A stretch of DNA of 64,000 nt from Escherichia phage vB_EcoM_ESCO10, in the sequence record OM386655.1; one strand, written 5' to 3'. Positions 1 through 8,506 of this stretch are shown piece after piece (position 1 is the stretch's first letter; every line of letters starts with the position of its first letter). The translations under genes were made by a program, and so were the position numbers. Below the pieces are notes generated by a model. That model did no database searches. It was given only the letters and a program-made list of their open reading frames with translations, and was not told the origin of the DNA.

Positions 1-473
1 TACACGGCATCGGCTCGCCCGGAACAATCAGCATATTCATCGGTTGTAACTTTATATGATTCTACTGCCTTAATACGAGTCATTGCTTCTCTGAATAAGG
101 TTTCAAATGCTTCACGAAGGGCTTTATTACCTTTTGAGGTAGGACGGAAACGAACTTGGATACCGTCAGCCAGAATATTAATGACTAAGTTACGAGCGGT
201 AAAATTAATATTCTTGATATTAACAGGAACCGTAACAATGCGCCCTGCTGTAGACAAAAGGTCTTTGATATTAGCTCGTAATGTTGCAGCAAATAAATGA
301 GCAGGGCTACGGCAGTAATCATTCAAAGAAGAGATATAAGTTCCTTTACGACCTACGCCATAAGTATAACTACCATTACAAATATAGCCAAAGTCAGCTA
401 GCCGGTCAATAGCGATACGACGAGTCGTGTCATGGTCATATATAGAGTATTCTTTACGTGTTTTAATGTTCAT
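1..473 (-). CDS. hypothetical early protein, 5' part only (gene runs off the left edge)
   Basis: ATG at 471-473 on minus strand; frame stays open to position 1 (checked codon by codon); absent from ORF track because truncated. Confidence 0.45.
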   Translation of the reverse strand, partial: MNIKTRKEYSIYDHDTTRRIAIDRLADFGYICNGSYTYGVGRKGTYISSLNDYCRSPAHLFAATLRANIKDLLSTAGRIVTVPVNIKNINFTARNLVINILADGIQVRFRPTSKGNKALREAFETLFREAMTRIKAVESYKVTTDEYADCSGRADAV

Positions 474-474
474 A

Positions 475-684
475 TTAAAGTCCAAATAATTTTTCATAGA
501 ATTTAGCGATTGGCCACACTATAGCCATAACAATACCGGTAATCCAGAATATAGGCCAGGCGAGGGTAGTGAACACTGCATCATACTCATCACCTCTTTC
601 AAAACGACTATCATATTTGTGGAGTAATACGGTAGTAATAAATCCTAAAATGAAGTAAGTAATAATATAAGCAATAATTTCCAT
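475..684 (-). CDS. small hydrophobic protein (2 predicted TM segments)
   Basis: 69-aa ORF with hydrophobic stretches; tightly packed behind upstream gene. Confidence 0.5.
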   Translation of the reverse strand: MEIIAYIITYFILGFITTVLLHKYDSRFERGDEYDAVFTTLAWPIFWITGIVMAIVWPIAKFYEKLFGL

Positions 685-686
685 GA

Positions 687-1532
687 TTAATCCTTAAGAA
701 GATTTAGAATATCAAGATATTTTTGTCGTTCAGCCTTGGCTTTATCATTCAGACCGGAAAGTCGGAAAATCTCATCGTCTTGGCGCTGGATTTCAACATT
801 CAAGCAAGTAATCAAATTAGTAAAATACTCAATCTGGGTCTGGTGTTTCTCATTGCTACGCACTGGTACAGGTTCCGCTTTAGGAGCTTGTTCTGAATGA
901 TTCTTAACTTCATTGCCTGGCCTAATAAGTTTAATACGCCAACCTGTATTGGTGTGAACATTATCGAAGGTAAGAATACCACTACGTTCAAGTTCGGTCA
1001 ACGCTAATCGGAGATGGAACTTCCAGTTGTCATATTGGCAGCCACTAAAAGTTGAAGTAAGATACTCGTTTTCATTTCCTGGTTGGTTAACAATATTAAA
1101 AATAATCCAATCAGCCGAGCCATTAGTCTTAAATGGCATTTGCTTATCTTGACCTGAAGCCATACGCGCACCTAGTGCTAGTAAACGGCGTTGGTTGGTA
1201 CGAAGGTCTTTAACAACTTCATCAAATGTCATCGCCGGGATTAAACGACCATAGAGGTCATAGCCTTTGTTATAATTTTTAAGAATAATTTTGGCATTAG
1301 CACGAGACAACATACCTGCTCTGTTAAGAGATTTCATGACTCGGTCTTCTAACGTAAATAGGCCTTTAGTCTTGTCAAAGATTTTAGTGAATTCATCTAT
1401 AGCAATAGAAACTTCAAACTTTTCCCACATCATGGCCAAAACCTTTCCAACCACTTCTTTAGTACTTGGAATACTGTTAAATTTAATAGCTTTTTTAACT
1501 TCAGAACGAATTTGATTAATTGCTTGAGACAT
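687..1532 (-). CDS. hypothetical protein
   Basis: Track ORF 687..1571; start placed at internal ATG 1532 behind GAGGAA SD; 1571 is the alternative. Confidence 0.55.
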   Translation of the reverse strand: MSQAINQIRSEVKKAIKFNSIPSTKEVVGKVLAMMWEKFEVSIAIDEFTKIFDKTKGLFTLEDRVMKSLNRAGMLSRANAKIILKNYNKGYDLYGRLIPAMTFDEVVKDLRTNQRRLLALGARMASGQDKQMPFKTNGSADWIIFNIVNQPGNENEYLTSTFSGCQYDNWKFHLRLALTELERSGILTFDNVHTNTGWRIKLIRPGNEVKNHSEQAPKAEPVPVRSNEKHQTQIEYFTNLITCLNVEIQRQDDEIFRLSGLNDKAKAERQKYLDILNLLKD

Positions 1533-1595
1533 AATAATTTCCTCAGTAAGTAAATAAGAACCTAGAACCATTATACCATCCTTGGTATAAAGCGT

Positions 1596-2120
1596 TTATG
1601 CGAGAACCGTCTTTAAACGCTCTTCAAATTTCTGAAGCAGAGCTTGGCGTTCAGCTCGTTGTGATTTGTACTGCTCGATACGTCCTGAAGTGAGGGCGTA
1701 CTGTTCGTTTACTGATTCCCGCATAAATTCAGGAATTTCTTTACAAGCTTTGATTTCGTCAAACTTGTCAATAACAGCTTGTTGTTCAGCAATCATATTA
1801 TCGAAATAAGCGATATCTGATTTAACGTTTGCCAGGTCAGATTCGGTAGGCATTAAACGTTTGTTACGTTCAGCTTGATAAGCTTGGTTGGTTTCACGAC
1901 TCCAGTGAAGAGTACGTTTTTTGTTAGTATTTTTATAGAGCTCTACAATACCTACTGAATCGATGATAGCAATCCAGTTCCAACGGCTTTTGTAAATCTC
2001 TCCTCCAGATACGGTAATCTCATTTCCACAAGCAACATCGTTAAAGAACTTGCTTTGTTTTTCAGATTTGAAATTACCGTTATTAAAATTAATCAGTGAA
2101 AAAATATCTTTAGCGTTCAT
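1596..2120 (-). CDS. hypothetical protein
   Basis: 174-aa ORF; GGAGG SD; early-promoter cassette directly upstream. Confidence 0.6.
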   Translation of the reverse strand: MNAKDIFSLINFNNGNFKSEKQSKFFNDVACGNEITVSGGEIYKSRWNWIAIIDSVGIVELYKNTNKKRTLHWSRETNQAYQAERNKRLMPTESDLANVKSDIAYFDNMIAEQQAVIDKFDEIKACKEIPEFMRESVNEQYALTSGRIEQYKSQRAERQALLQKFEERLKTVLA

Positions 2121-2146
2121 GTTAACCTCCAGTAGTTGATAGGTCT

Positions 2147-2175
2147 ATAGTATCATTCCTACTGGAGATGTAAAC
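2147..2175 (-). promoter_or_regulatory. early promoter cassette (GTTTAC -35, 17 nt, TACTAT -10) inside stem-loop
   Basis: Minus-strand GTTTAC at 2170..2175, TACTAT at 2147..2152; inverted repeat CCAGTAG/CTACTGG (2129..2135, 2159..2165). Confidence 0.6.
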
Positions 2176-2177
2176 AA

Positions 2178-2519
2178 CTAATAGAAACTTTTTTCGCCGG
2201 TTTGTCCGCTAAACCAGGCTGATTGGGTATTAGGTTTCCGTTGTTGCTCAATACGGGTACGATATTCTTTTCTGATGGCACAGAGGTCATCCTGGAAGTC
2301 GCCTGCCAACTTTACCTGCTTACGGTCTAGATTTATTAAGGCCTGAGTCTTAGCGGCCAAGGCCAGTCTCTTGTAGTCTCCTTCTTCACAATCAGTTTTA
2401 TAAACTCTATTAGCGTATCCGTCGATAAATTCTTTATCATAGTCTTTGATAGACTGTTCCATGGCATTAGAGTACTTCAACTCTGCTTTTATAAGGTCAT
2501 AACTAAATTGTTCAAACAT
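2178..2519 (-). CDS. hypothetical protein
   Basis: 113-aa ORF; AAGGTA SD; co-directional packing. Confidence 0.5.
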   Translation of the reverse strand: MFEQFSYDLIKAELKYSNAMEQSIKDYDKEFIDGYANRVYKTDCEEGDYKRLALAAKTQALINLDRKQVKLAGDFQDDLCAIRKEYRTRIEQQRKPNTQSAWFSGQTGEKSFY

Positions 2520-2528
2520 AATTTACCT

Positions 2529-3509
2529 TTATTTTAAAAGTGTAACTTCAGCAATTTCAGCCCAATCATTAGAATCAGTAGCAATGAAATCAGCCAAATA
2601 GAGGGCGGTACGCAATGAAACATTACGCAAACGTGATACATTAGCCTTCATCCATGAGAGTGCCTGGTAAGTCTGAGCGTCAGTCAGACCACGCTTCTGC
2701 ATCATATCTGTAGACAGGATAACGTCTTCAACACGAACCATAATCTCTTCGTTAGAGTGAACACCCAGGTCTAAGTAAACTGAACGTGATACTAAAGCTT
2801 GGAGATGCGGAGAAAGTTTAGTTCCACGTTCCAATTCACGGTCAATATCAACGTTAGTGATGAATACGACGGTGCCTTCATACTCGAATTCTTTATCGAT
2901 ATTTTTATCATCAAGATAAGAACTTGAAGTGCTCCAGCATACCTTACGTTTCTCACCGGTGTCCAATGCCGCTTTCAGAAGGTTCAGGATATCCATGTCA
3001 GAGAATACATCAACATCATCGATAAGAAGAACACTATTAGGGCCGCGGTTATTCCAAAGCTGCTCGTAAAGACCGATTCCACTAATCTTTCCGTTGATTG
3101 ATTTATATTCGATAGTTTCATTTTCGTGGGCATTCTGTAATGCTTTATCCAATGAATATGTTTTACCAATACCTGCGGCACCAGAGATGATAAGGGAACG
3201 AATTTTACCATCGATGATTCCATTAGTCATCATGTTCATTACTTTAAAACGTTTGTTGATGCGGTGTTTCATTTCGTCCTGGGATTCAGTTAAGACGGCA
3301 GGGGTTTCAACACCTTCAGTTTCGATATCAGATTTGAACACCCATACACCACGCTCTACACCATCAATCTGAACAAAGACCTTACCATCGCCGAGGTGGG
3401 CTTCTGATTCATGAATTTTATTAGGGAACCAGGTTTTACCTGAACTCATGAACGTACCAGAGATTTCGTTACCGCGGTAGATGCCTTTGTTGATTTTGAT
3501 AGTTAACAT
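2529..3509 (-). CDS. P-loop NTPase (AAA-like) with ~100-aa N-terminal extension
   Basis: Walker A GAAGIGKT and Walker B LLIDDVD; start moved from GTG 3524 to ATG 3509 behind AAGGA SD; early-promoter cassette upstream. Confidence 0.6.
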   Translation of the reverse strand: MLTIKINKGIYRGNEISGTFMSSGKTWFPNKIHESEAHLGDGKVFVQIDGVERGVWVFKSDIETEGVETPAVLTESQDEMKHRINKRFKVMNMMTNGIIDGKIRSLIISGAAGIGKTYSLDKALQNAHENETIEYKSINGKISGIGLYEQLWNNRGPNSVLLIDDVDVFSDMDILNLLKAALDTGEKRKVCWSTSSSYLDDKNIDKEFEYEGTVVFITNVDIDRELERGTKLSPHLQALVSRSVYLDLGVHSNEEIMVRVEDVILSTDMMQKRGLTDAQTYQALSWMKANVSRLRNVSLRTALYLADFIATDSNDWAEIAEVTLLK

Positions 3510-3544
3510 TTTATTATCCTTCACTCATTTGTTTTGATAGGTCT

Positions 3545-3573
3545 ATCTTAACACGATTAATCAGGTTGTAAAC
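3545..3573 (-). promoter_or_regulatory. early promoter (GTTTAC -35, TAAGAT -10)
   Basis: GTTTAC at 3568..3573, 17-nt spacer, TAAGAT at 3545..3550; conserved leader TAGACCTATCAAAAC. Confidence 0.5.
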
Positions 3574-3592
3574 AATTTTTTGCACTAAACCC

Positions 3593-3618
3593 AAAAAAAG
3601 GAACCCGAAGGTTCCTTG
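3593..3618 (-). terminator. rho-independent terminator
   Basis: Minus-strand hairpin AGGAACC-TTCG-GGTTCCT followed by a U7 run, directly after the stop of gene 3621..3905. Confidence 0.7.
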
Positions 3619-3620
3619 TA

Positions 3621-3905
3621 TTATTTCTTACAACCTACATATTTAGGCATATGGCAGAAAACAGAATCGGTAACTACTCGACCTTTGGCCCATGCTTCCT
3701 GTGCTTTACCGTGAGTAGTATTCACATAGCTGGATTTAATATTCTCGATACCTTGAGAATGTGATGCGTGTGCAGAACCATTAGAAGGACCTGCTGACTG
3801 ACTTGAACCTTGACCGCCCGGGCCTGATGTGCCTTCAGTAGCCAGTACACCAAAAGACATAACAGCGGCCAACAGGCCTATAGCCACTTTTAATTTTAAT
3901 TTCAT
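3621..3905 (-). CDS. small secreted protein (signal peptide, Gly/Ser-rich)
   Basis: N-terminal MKLKLKVAIGLLAAVMSFGVLA; AAAGGTG SD; hairpin+T-run terminator just downstream. Confidence 0.6.
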   Translation of the reverse strand: MKLKLKVAIGLLAAVMSFGVLATEGTSGPGGQGSSQSAGPSNGSAHASHSQGIENIKSSYVNTTHGKAQEAWAKGRVVTDSVFCHMPKYVGCKK

Positions 3906-3924
3906 ATTTTCACCTTTTATTAAC

Positions 3925-4137
3925 TCAACATTGAGTAAGATTATTGTATACTAAAGTTTTAAAGCATTTAAATAGCGCTCCAATAATTATGGAAGCGGAT
4001 ATCATTGATTGCCCAGTTAACAAACCTGCGAGTTTGCTTGGGAGTTGGTTTACATATGTACTTATTGTTGATTCGTCTGCCGGTTTCCCGACAGACTGCT
4101 TCGAGATACCAGCGCCGACCTTTATTGGGTCTTCCAT
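3925..4137 (-). CDS. hypothetical small protein
   Basis: 70-aa ORF in a gap between better-supported genes; weak SD; competing overlapping ORFs. Confidence 0.3.
   Translation of the reverse strand: MEDPIKVGAGISKQSVGKPADESTISTYVNQLPSKLAGLLTGQSMISASIIIGALFKCFKTLVYNNLTQC
3943..3966 (-). promoter_or_regulatory. putative MotA-dependent middle promoter
   Basis: Minus-strand TGCTTTA box (3960..3966), 11-nt spacer, TACAAT -10 (3943..3948), upstream of gene 3621..3905. Confidence 0.4.
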
Positions 4138-4163
4138 ATGATAAGAAGACCTTCATTTCTTCA

Positions 4164-5174
4164 TTAACGATAATAGGAATTGTGGTTGTCAAGATATACC
4201 TCTTCAACAAACTTGTCCCAGAACTTCATGTCTACCTTATCGGGCATACCGTTCTTAGCCGCCCAGACGGCATTGGTTTCGACTTCATCGACGATTGCTT
4301 CAAGTTCAGCTTGTACATCTTTAAAAGCGTGTAGGCCTTGTTTGATTTCAAGGATAAATGGAGCCGTACGTAAAGGATATTGGAGATCGCCGGTTTGGTA
4401 AATTTCTTTCAACTGGTATCCAGCACGATAAGCATGGCTCAGAGCTTTCCAGTCAATACCTTCATTGGCTTCGGCCTTACGAGCACGCTCACCGTATTCG
4501 GCATCGAGCTTATTCAGAGATTGCTTGAGCTCGATTAATGACAAAGTGGTCTGGTATTTGCGTCCTAAGACAGTATAGAACGTTTGTGGGCCGGTTTTCT
4601 CATGGTTATGGAATACCCATTCACAGAATTCGTTTTCAGGGAGTCGATGCTTAATATCTTCAACTTTAGTACGACGTTGTTTAGTCGAACCATCTTCTTG
4701 GTAGTCAACCCACTGTTCAGGAATCTGGTTAACAATTGACAGTACACCACGTAATGCAGCTAAACGAGAACCCTTAACACCATACTTAGAAGCTTGCTTA
4801 CGGACGTACCCTAAATATGCTTTCATGTTAGTTGTATAGAACCGAGAACGGTTGTCTTGGATAAATTTCCATACATCTGGTAAATCGGATTTGACTACCA
4901 GGTTAGCCGGAGTATGAATCATATCCAGAGCTACAGTTTCACCTTCAGCGGCCAGTTTAAAGAAATATTTAAGGCTGTAAAGCTCGTGGTCAACATCGTC
5001 TTTAGTGTTTTTGGATGCCGTGTTATTCGTGTTCAAGTTGGTATGGTTCATAGCCGTACCCAACAGAATATCACGCGGGTGTGGAACAAAGATTTCCTTA
5101 AAATCGATATCAGATTCCGGAGTACTTGTTCCATAAAGATGGCTACCGAAGTAGCCCTTCATAACTGTTCTCAT
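4164..5174 (-). CDS. putative nucleotidyltransferase (Pol-beta-type NTase signature)
   Basis: GSHLYGTSTPESDIDF fits G[SG]-x(9-13)-DxD; ATGA overlap with upstream stop; GAGG SD. Confidence 0.45.
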   Translation of the reverse strand: MRTVMKGYFGSHLYGTSTPESDIDFKEIFVPHPRDILLGTAMNHTNLNTNNTASKNTKDDVDHELYSLKYFFKLAAEGETVALDMIHTPANLVVKSDLPDVWKFIQDNRSRFYTTNMKAYLGYVRKQASKYGVKGSRLAALRGVLSIVNQIPEQWVDYQEDGSTKQRRTKVEDIKHRLPENEFCEWVFHNHEKTGPQTFYTVLGRKYQTTLSLIELKQSLNKLDAEYGERARKAEANEGIDWKALSHAYRAGYQLKEIYQTGDLQYPLRTAPFILEIKQGLHAFKDVQAELEAIVDEVETNAVWAAKNGMPDKVDMKFWDKFVEEVYLDNHNSYYR

Positions 5175-5623
5175 TTCTTCGCCTCAAAATGGATTACCGG
5201 ACAGACCTTAGATTTACGAGCTTTGATATATTGAATGAAAACGTTTTCTTTAGTTTCTCTGCCTTCACGCTCAGCTTTAATTCGTTCCCATTCCTTTTCT
5301 TCTTTACGTGTATCGTACCAGGACCATAAATTCATCAGACCATACACTAAACCAAATGCTACCGCCAGAATAATAGCCATTGTAGCCAGTCCTAAAATAA
5401 ACCCTAACCCTAAACCAACAGGAATACTTAATACAAAGAACTGGTCTAATACACCAGCACCTGCAACAGTTAAGGCGAAGATTGTACTACCTGCAATCAC
5501 AGAACAAATAAAGCAGGCCCATACAATTTTCCAGAAGTAAGCACATAAAGAGTGTGGTCGAGAATAATGGCTATAAAAACGGTCGTGTAATTTAGTGTGC
5601 CAGGCGTTTTCATTAATAATCAT
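5171..5623 (-). CDS. membrane protein (2-3 TM helices), charged C-terminal tail
   Basis: Long hydrophobic core then RKEEKEWERIKAEREGRETKE; AAGGAA SD. Confidence 0.55.
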   Translation of the reverse strand: MIINENAWHTKLHDRFYSHYSRPHSLCAYFWKIVWACFICSVIAGSTIFALTVAGAGVLDQFFVLSIPVGLGLGFILGLATMAIILAVAFGLVYGLMNLWSWYDTRKEEKEWERIKAEREGRETKENVFIQYIKARKSKVCPVIHFEAKK

Positions 5624-5632
5624 TGTAATTCC

Positions 5633-6187
5633 TTAAGAGTTCATAGTTGGGATAATAGTGTTCAGGTATTTTACCAGAACTTTTAATTCGTCTTTAGTGA
5701 ATACTACTTCAGCTTCACCGTCGTGGGTCTGGATGATAGATAACATATCGCGACCTTGATGTTGGTAGACACTGAATTCAGTATTATAATCACCTTCTTC
5801 ATCACCTTCAAAGGTTTCGCTTGAATGCATAATAGCATCACAACCAGGGATTTTCCACTCGAGCTCAGGTACACACTCTTCTTGGAACAGTTTAAAAATT
5901 TTCTCTAAAAATTCTGAACGGTTTTTAATGGATAAACAAGCCCATTCGGTTTCCAGATTAAAGCCATTTTCACCTCGATACAACCAAGCCATATCTTCAT
6001 CGTTAATTTTAAAGACCCGATTATGAGTTCGAATATACTGCTCTGCATCAATAACAGACAAGTCGTACAGGTTCTGAATATCCTGAATGGTCAAAACGAC
6101 TGTATCATCTTCTTGTTTAAGCACGATTGCATTATCAATTACATCGGCAGTCAGGTCACCAAACAACCCAGATTTTTCAATAATCAT
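5633..6187 (-). CDS. hypothetical acidic protein
   Basis: 184-aa ORF; GAGGAAA SD. Confidence 0.55.
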   Translation of the reverse strand: MIIEKSGLFGDLTADVIDNAIVLKQEDDTVVLTIQDIQNLYDLSVIDAEQYIRTHNRVFKINDEDMAWLYRGENGFNLETEWACLSIKNRSEFLEKIFKLFQEECVPELEWKIPGCDAIMHSSETFEGDEEGDYNTEFSVYQHQGRDMLSIIQTHDGEAEVVFTKDELKVLVKYLNTIIPTMNS

Positions 6188-6198
6188 TTTCTATTTCC

Positions 6199-6381
6199 TC
6201 ATTTCACATTTTGTTTAATAAAATTTAGTAATTCTTTAAGGGCCTTATCTTCTTCTTTAGAAAGCCTAGTACAATCATCAACCGAGTATTGGTGACAAAA
6301 TGCGGTTTCGAATCTAGCAACTGTACCTGCATAGGCCTCGATAAGCTCTTCAAGCTTTAAGTGCTTTTCTTTAGTTTTCAT
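6199..6381 (-). CDS. hypothetical protein
   Basis: 60-aa ORF; GGTGA SD. Confidence 0.4.
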   Translation of the reverse strand: MKTKEKHLKLEELIEAYAGTVARFETAFCHQYSVDDCTRLSKEEDKALKELLNFIKQNVK

Positions 6382-6384
6382 AAA

Positions 6385-6594
6385 TCACCGGTTATGTTTT
6401 AAAATACTATAAAGCTCTTCAACTTGGCTCGCATCCAGATAAATGACCTCGTCATCTTGTTCTAGGACAATCCCACCCTTAACAATATTCCACTCTACTA
6501 CTTCAACAGTCATATCATCACCAGAGCCTGCTAATGTTTCAGGTTCTAAAACAATAATACCATCTTCAGAATTACCACTCGGGTCATATAACAT
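6385..6594 (-). CDS. hypothetical small acidic protein
   Basis: Track ORF 6385..6669; start placed at ATG 6594 behind GAGGAAA SD; 5' boundary uncertain. Confidence 0.4.
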   Translation of the reverse strand: MLYDPSGNSEDGIIVLEPETLAGSGDDMTVEVVEWNIVKGGIVLEQDDEVIYLDASQVEELYSILKHNR

Positions 6595-6685
6595 TACAGT
6601 TTCCTCGCTAACCATGAAAAGAATAAACCAATTAAAACAGGCCCTACAGCCATTGTTAACCAAGCCCAAGGTTCAAGATAGTAAA

Positions 6686-6943
6686 TCATCTCATGCTCCT
6701 ATGCCAACAGTTACGTGGCTCGCGTTTAAAAATTTCATCATGCATCGCTTGACAACCTACACAGTATATCACACCCTTGATAGCTTGACGTCGTGCTTCA
6801 GGAATCTCTTCATCACAATCAAAACAATATTCAGCGGATTCACGTTCAACCGCTACTTGCTTACGAGCGTGTACTATAGCAGCCTGGACGACGGCTTCCA
6901 TTTCGAGCTGTTCGGCTCCATCCTTCGCAAATCCAACAGCCAT
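6686..6943 (-). CDS. TraR/DksA-type C4 zinc-finger protein
   Basis: CFDC...CVGC (CxxC-x17-CxxC) in an 85-aa protein. Confidence 0.55.
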   Translation of the reverse strand: MAVGFAKDGAEQLEMEAVVQAAIVHARKQVAVERESAEYCFDCDEEIPEARRQAIKGVIYCVGCQAMHDEIFKREPRNCWHRSMR

Positions 6944-7125
6944 TATATTTTTATCTCGTTTAGATAAGCGACCAATTTTTCTTTAGAATTCTTTAAGTCA
7001 CGGTTACATGCCTCTATCCCGGAGTATGAATATCCTTCGCAATGTTCAACAGCCAGTTCATAAGAGGTAATTTCAATATCACGAGCGAGTTTAATAATTT
7101 TTTCAATCTGTTCAGTGGTTAACAT
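6943..7125 (-). CDS. hypothetical protein
   Basis: 60-aa ORF abutting upstream stop. Confidence 0.45.
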   Translation of the reverse strand: MLTTEQIEKIIKLARDIEITSYELAVEHCEGYSYSGIEACNRDLKNSKEKLVAYLNEIKI

Positions 7126-7129
7126 AATA

Positions 7130-7366
7130 TCACCAGTATTTGTTGATGGTAGAAATTAATTCTTGGGCTTGAGTAGTCTTCAGCTTACACCCACATCCAT
7201 TTAATGTATCTTTAAGGAGCCATGGCTCCTTGAGCTCGTCCTTTTCTAGACGAATTCTGTATCCTCGGTAATCAGCAAAGATACTTCGGTCATCAAATAT
7301 CTTAATCTCAAGGAGACGGTTATTGATTTCGTATTCCAACGAAACCATAGTACTTGTAAGTTTCAT
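7130..7366 (-). CDS. hypothetical protein
   Basis: 78-aa ORF; GAGGAGAA SD; early-promoter cassette upstream. Confidence 0.55.
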   Translation of the reverse strand: MKLTSTMVSLEYEINNRLLEIKIFDDRSIFADYRGYRIRLEKDELKEPWLLKDTLNGCGCKLKTTQAQELISTINKYW

Positions 7367-7393
7367 AATATTCTCCTCATTAGTTGATAGGTC

Positions 7394-7422
7394 TATAGTA
7401 TCATGTTCCTAGAGGATGTAAA
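7394..7422 (-). promoter_or_regulatory. early promoter cassette with SD-pairing stem
   Basis: GTTTAC 7417..7422, TACTAT 7394..7399; TCCTC in the spacer is complementary to the downstream GAGGA SD. Confidence 0.6.
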
Positions 7423-7431
7423 CACCTAAAC

Positions 7432-7458
7432 GAAAAAAGGTCCCACCGAAGTGAGACC
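7432..7458 (-). terminator. rho-independent terminator
   Basis: Minus-strand hairpin GGTCTCAC-TTCG-GTGGGACC followed by a U6 run after gene 7464..7850. Confidence 0.65.
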
Positions 7459-7463
7459 TTTGA

Positions 7464-7850
7464 TTATTCTAACGTTAACAAATACTTAGTTTGGTAAAAG
7501 ACACCAGTGATGTCGTCCAAAGTCGATTGGATGGCCTTAGGAAGATTTTTGTAGATTTTATCAGATGCTTTAATAAGTTCATCAAGAAAATCTATAGGGT
7601 CTTTAGGCAGTTCTGAAGCAGACGGCAGTGATGCTTTATATTCTTTGCCACTAAATCCTAGATACTGCTCACTGAACTGGTCTAGTGGTCCTTGAACTTC
7701 CGTATAATAGAAGTCGTATGCTTTGTGTCTTGCATAGCTTTTGGTTTCCAAATGGGCTGACTTAAAATAGGCTAAAGAAACCAATAGCCAGCCAATATAA
7801 GAATCTACTTCAGTCCCTCGACTAAGTACGAAATCATTGAATTTCATCAT
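7464..7850 (-). CDS. hypothetical protein (position of T4 rI.-1)
   Basis: 128-aa ORF downstream of rI-like gene; hairpin terminator follows. Confidence 0.5.
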   Translation of the reverse strand: MMKFNDFVLSRGTEVDSYIGWLLVSLAYFKSAHLETKSYARHKAYDFYYTEVQGPLDQFSEQYLGFSGKEYKASLPSASELPKDPIDFLDELIKASDKIYKNLPKAIQSTLDDITGVFYQTKYLLTLE

Positions 7851-8127
7851 CTACCTTCATTAGTTTAGCGTATCGTTCTCCGACCGCCCGACCTTCAATC
7901 GAGCAAGACTCTATTGTATTGCAATTTGAAAGTTTCCAAGAAGCAGTTACATAAGCCCAGTAGTCTTCAGAGGCCTTTACGCTAGGTTTACTCATTTGCG
8001 CATAAACTGGCATCGCACTACTAGCAAAGGCGTCCATCAATTTAGGATCGGATTTGTTTGCTAGTGAAACTGTTGGGCTTAAACATCCAATCATAAGGAT
8101 ACAAGCCACTGTACGGAAAATACCCAT
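7834..8127 (-). CDS. rI: lysis-inhibition regulator RI-like protein
   Basis: 97 aa as in T4 RI; N-terminal hydrophobic signal-anchor; adjacent to tk as in T4. Confidence 0.55.
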   Translation of the reverse strand: MGIFRTVACILMIGCLSPTVSLANKSDPKLMDAFASSAMPVYAQMSKPSVKASEDYWAYVTASWKLSNCNTIESCSIEGRAVGERYAKLMKVDDEIQ

Positions 8128-8217
8128 ACAAAAGTCCTTTGTTATTTTATACGAATTTGCCTTTCGGCCTTAACCGATAGCGTTTTCCAAAAGCAAAAGC
8201 TCTATGGTTAGTAATTG

Positions 8218-8225
8218 TATTTATA
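8218..8225 (-). promoter_or_regulatory. possible late promoter (TATAAATA) upstream of rI-like gene
   Basis: Exact minus-strand TATAAATA about 90 nt upstream of the start; overlaps the stop of the upstream ORF. Confidence 0.3.
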
Positions 8226-8499
8226 GCTTTTTAAGCTTACTACAATAAGCATAAAATACATCGTTAAAATTTTCAGAAACCCATCCACGCTGTATAGGCG
8301 AAGTAATTGAAAGCAGATAATGTGCTTTAATTAACTCCATCCCATTTTTATTAGGGCATTCTTTATTATTAGCATTATACGTCGCTGCTACAACCTCTAT
8401 CTCTCTTTTGTAAGCCGTATCATCCATGATAGGCAAAAGAACAATATAAGAAATAGCCACAGCTACCGCTAGAATTAAAATCTTTGAATTTAGGTCCAT
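8221..8499 (-). CDS. small membrane protein
   Basis: 92-aa ORF with N-terminal TM helix, between tk and rI-like gene. Confidence 0.5.
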   Translation of the reverse strand: MDLNSKILILAVAVAISYIVLLPIMDDTAYKREIEVVAATYNANNKECPNKNGMELIKAHYLLSITSPIQRGWVSENFNDVFYAYCSKLKKL

Positions 8500-8506
8500 A
8501 GTACCC

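Noticed and set aside
3968-4401. Overlapping ORFs 3968..4210 (minus), 4005..4334 and 4180..4401 (plus)
   Set aside because: They overlap the better-supported nucleotidyltransferase gene or each other and lack SDs; only 3925..4137 was kept, at low confidence.
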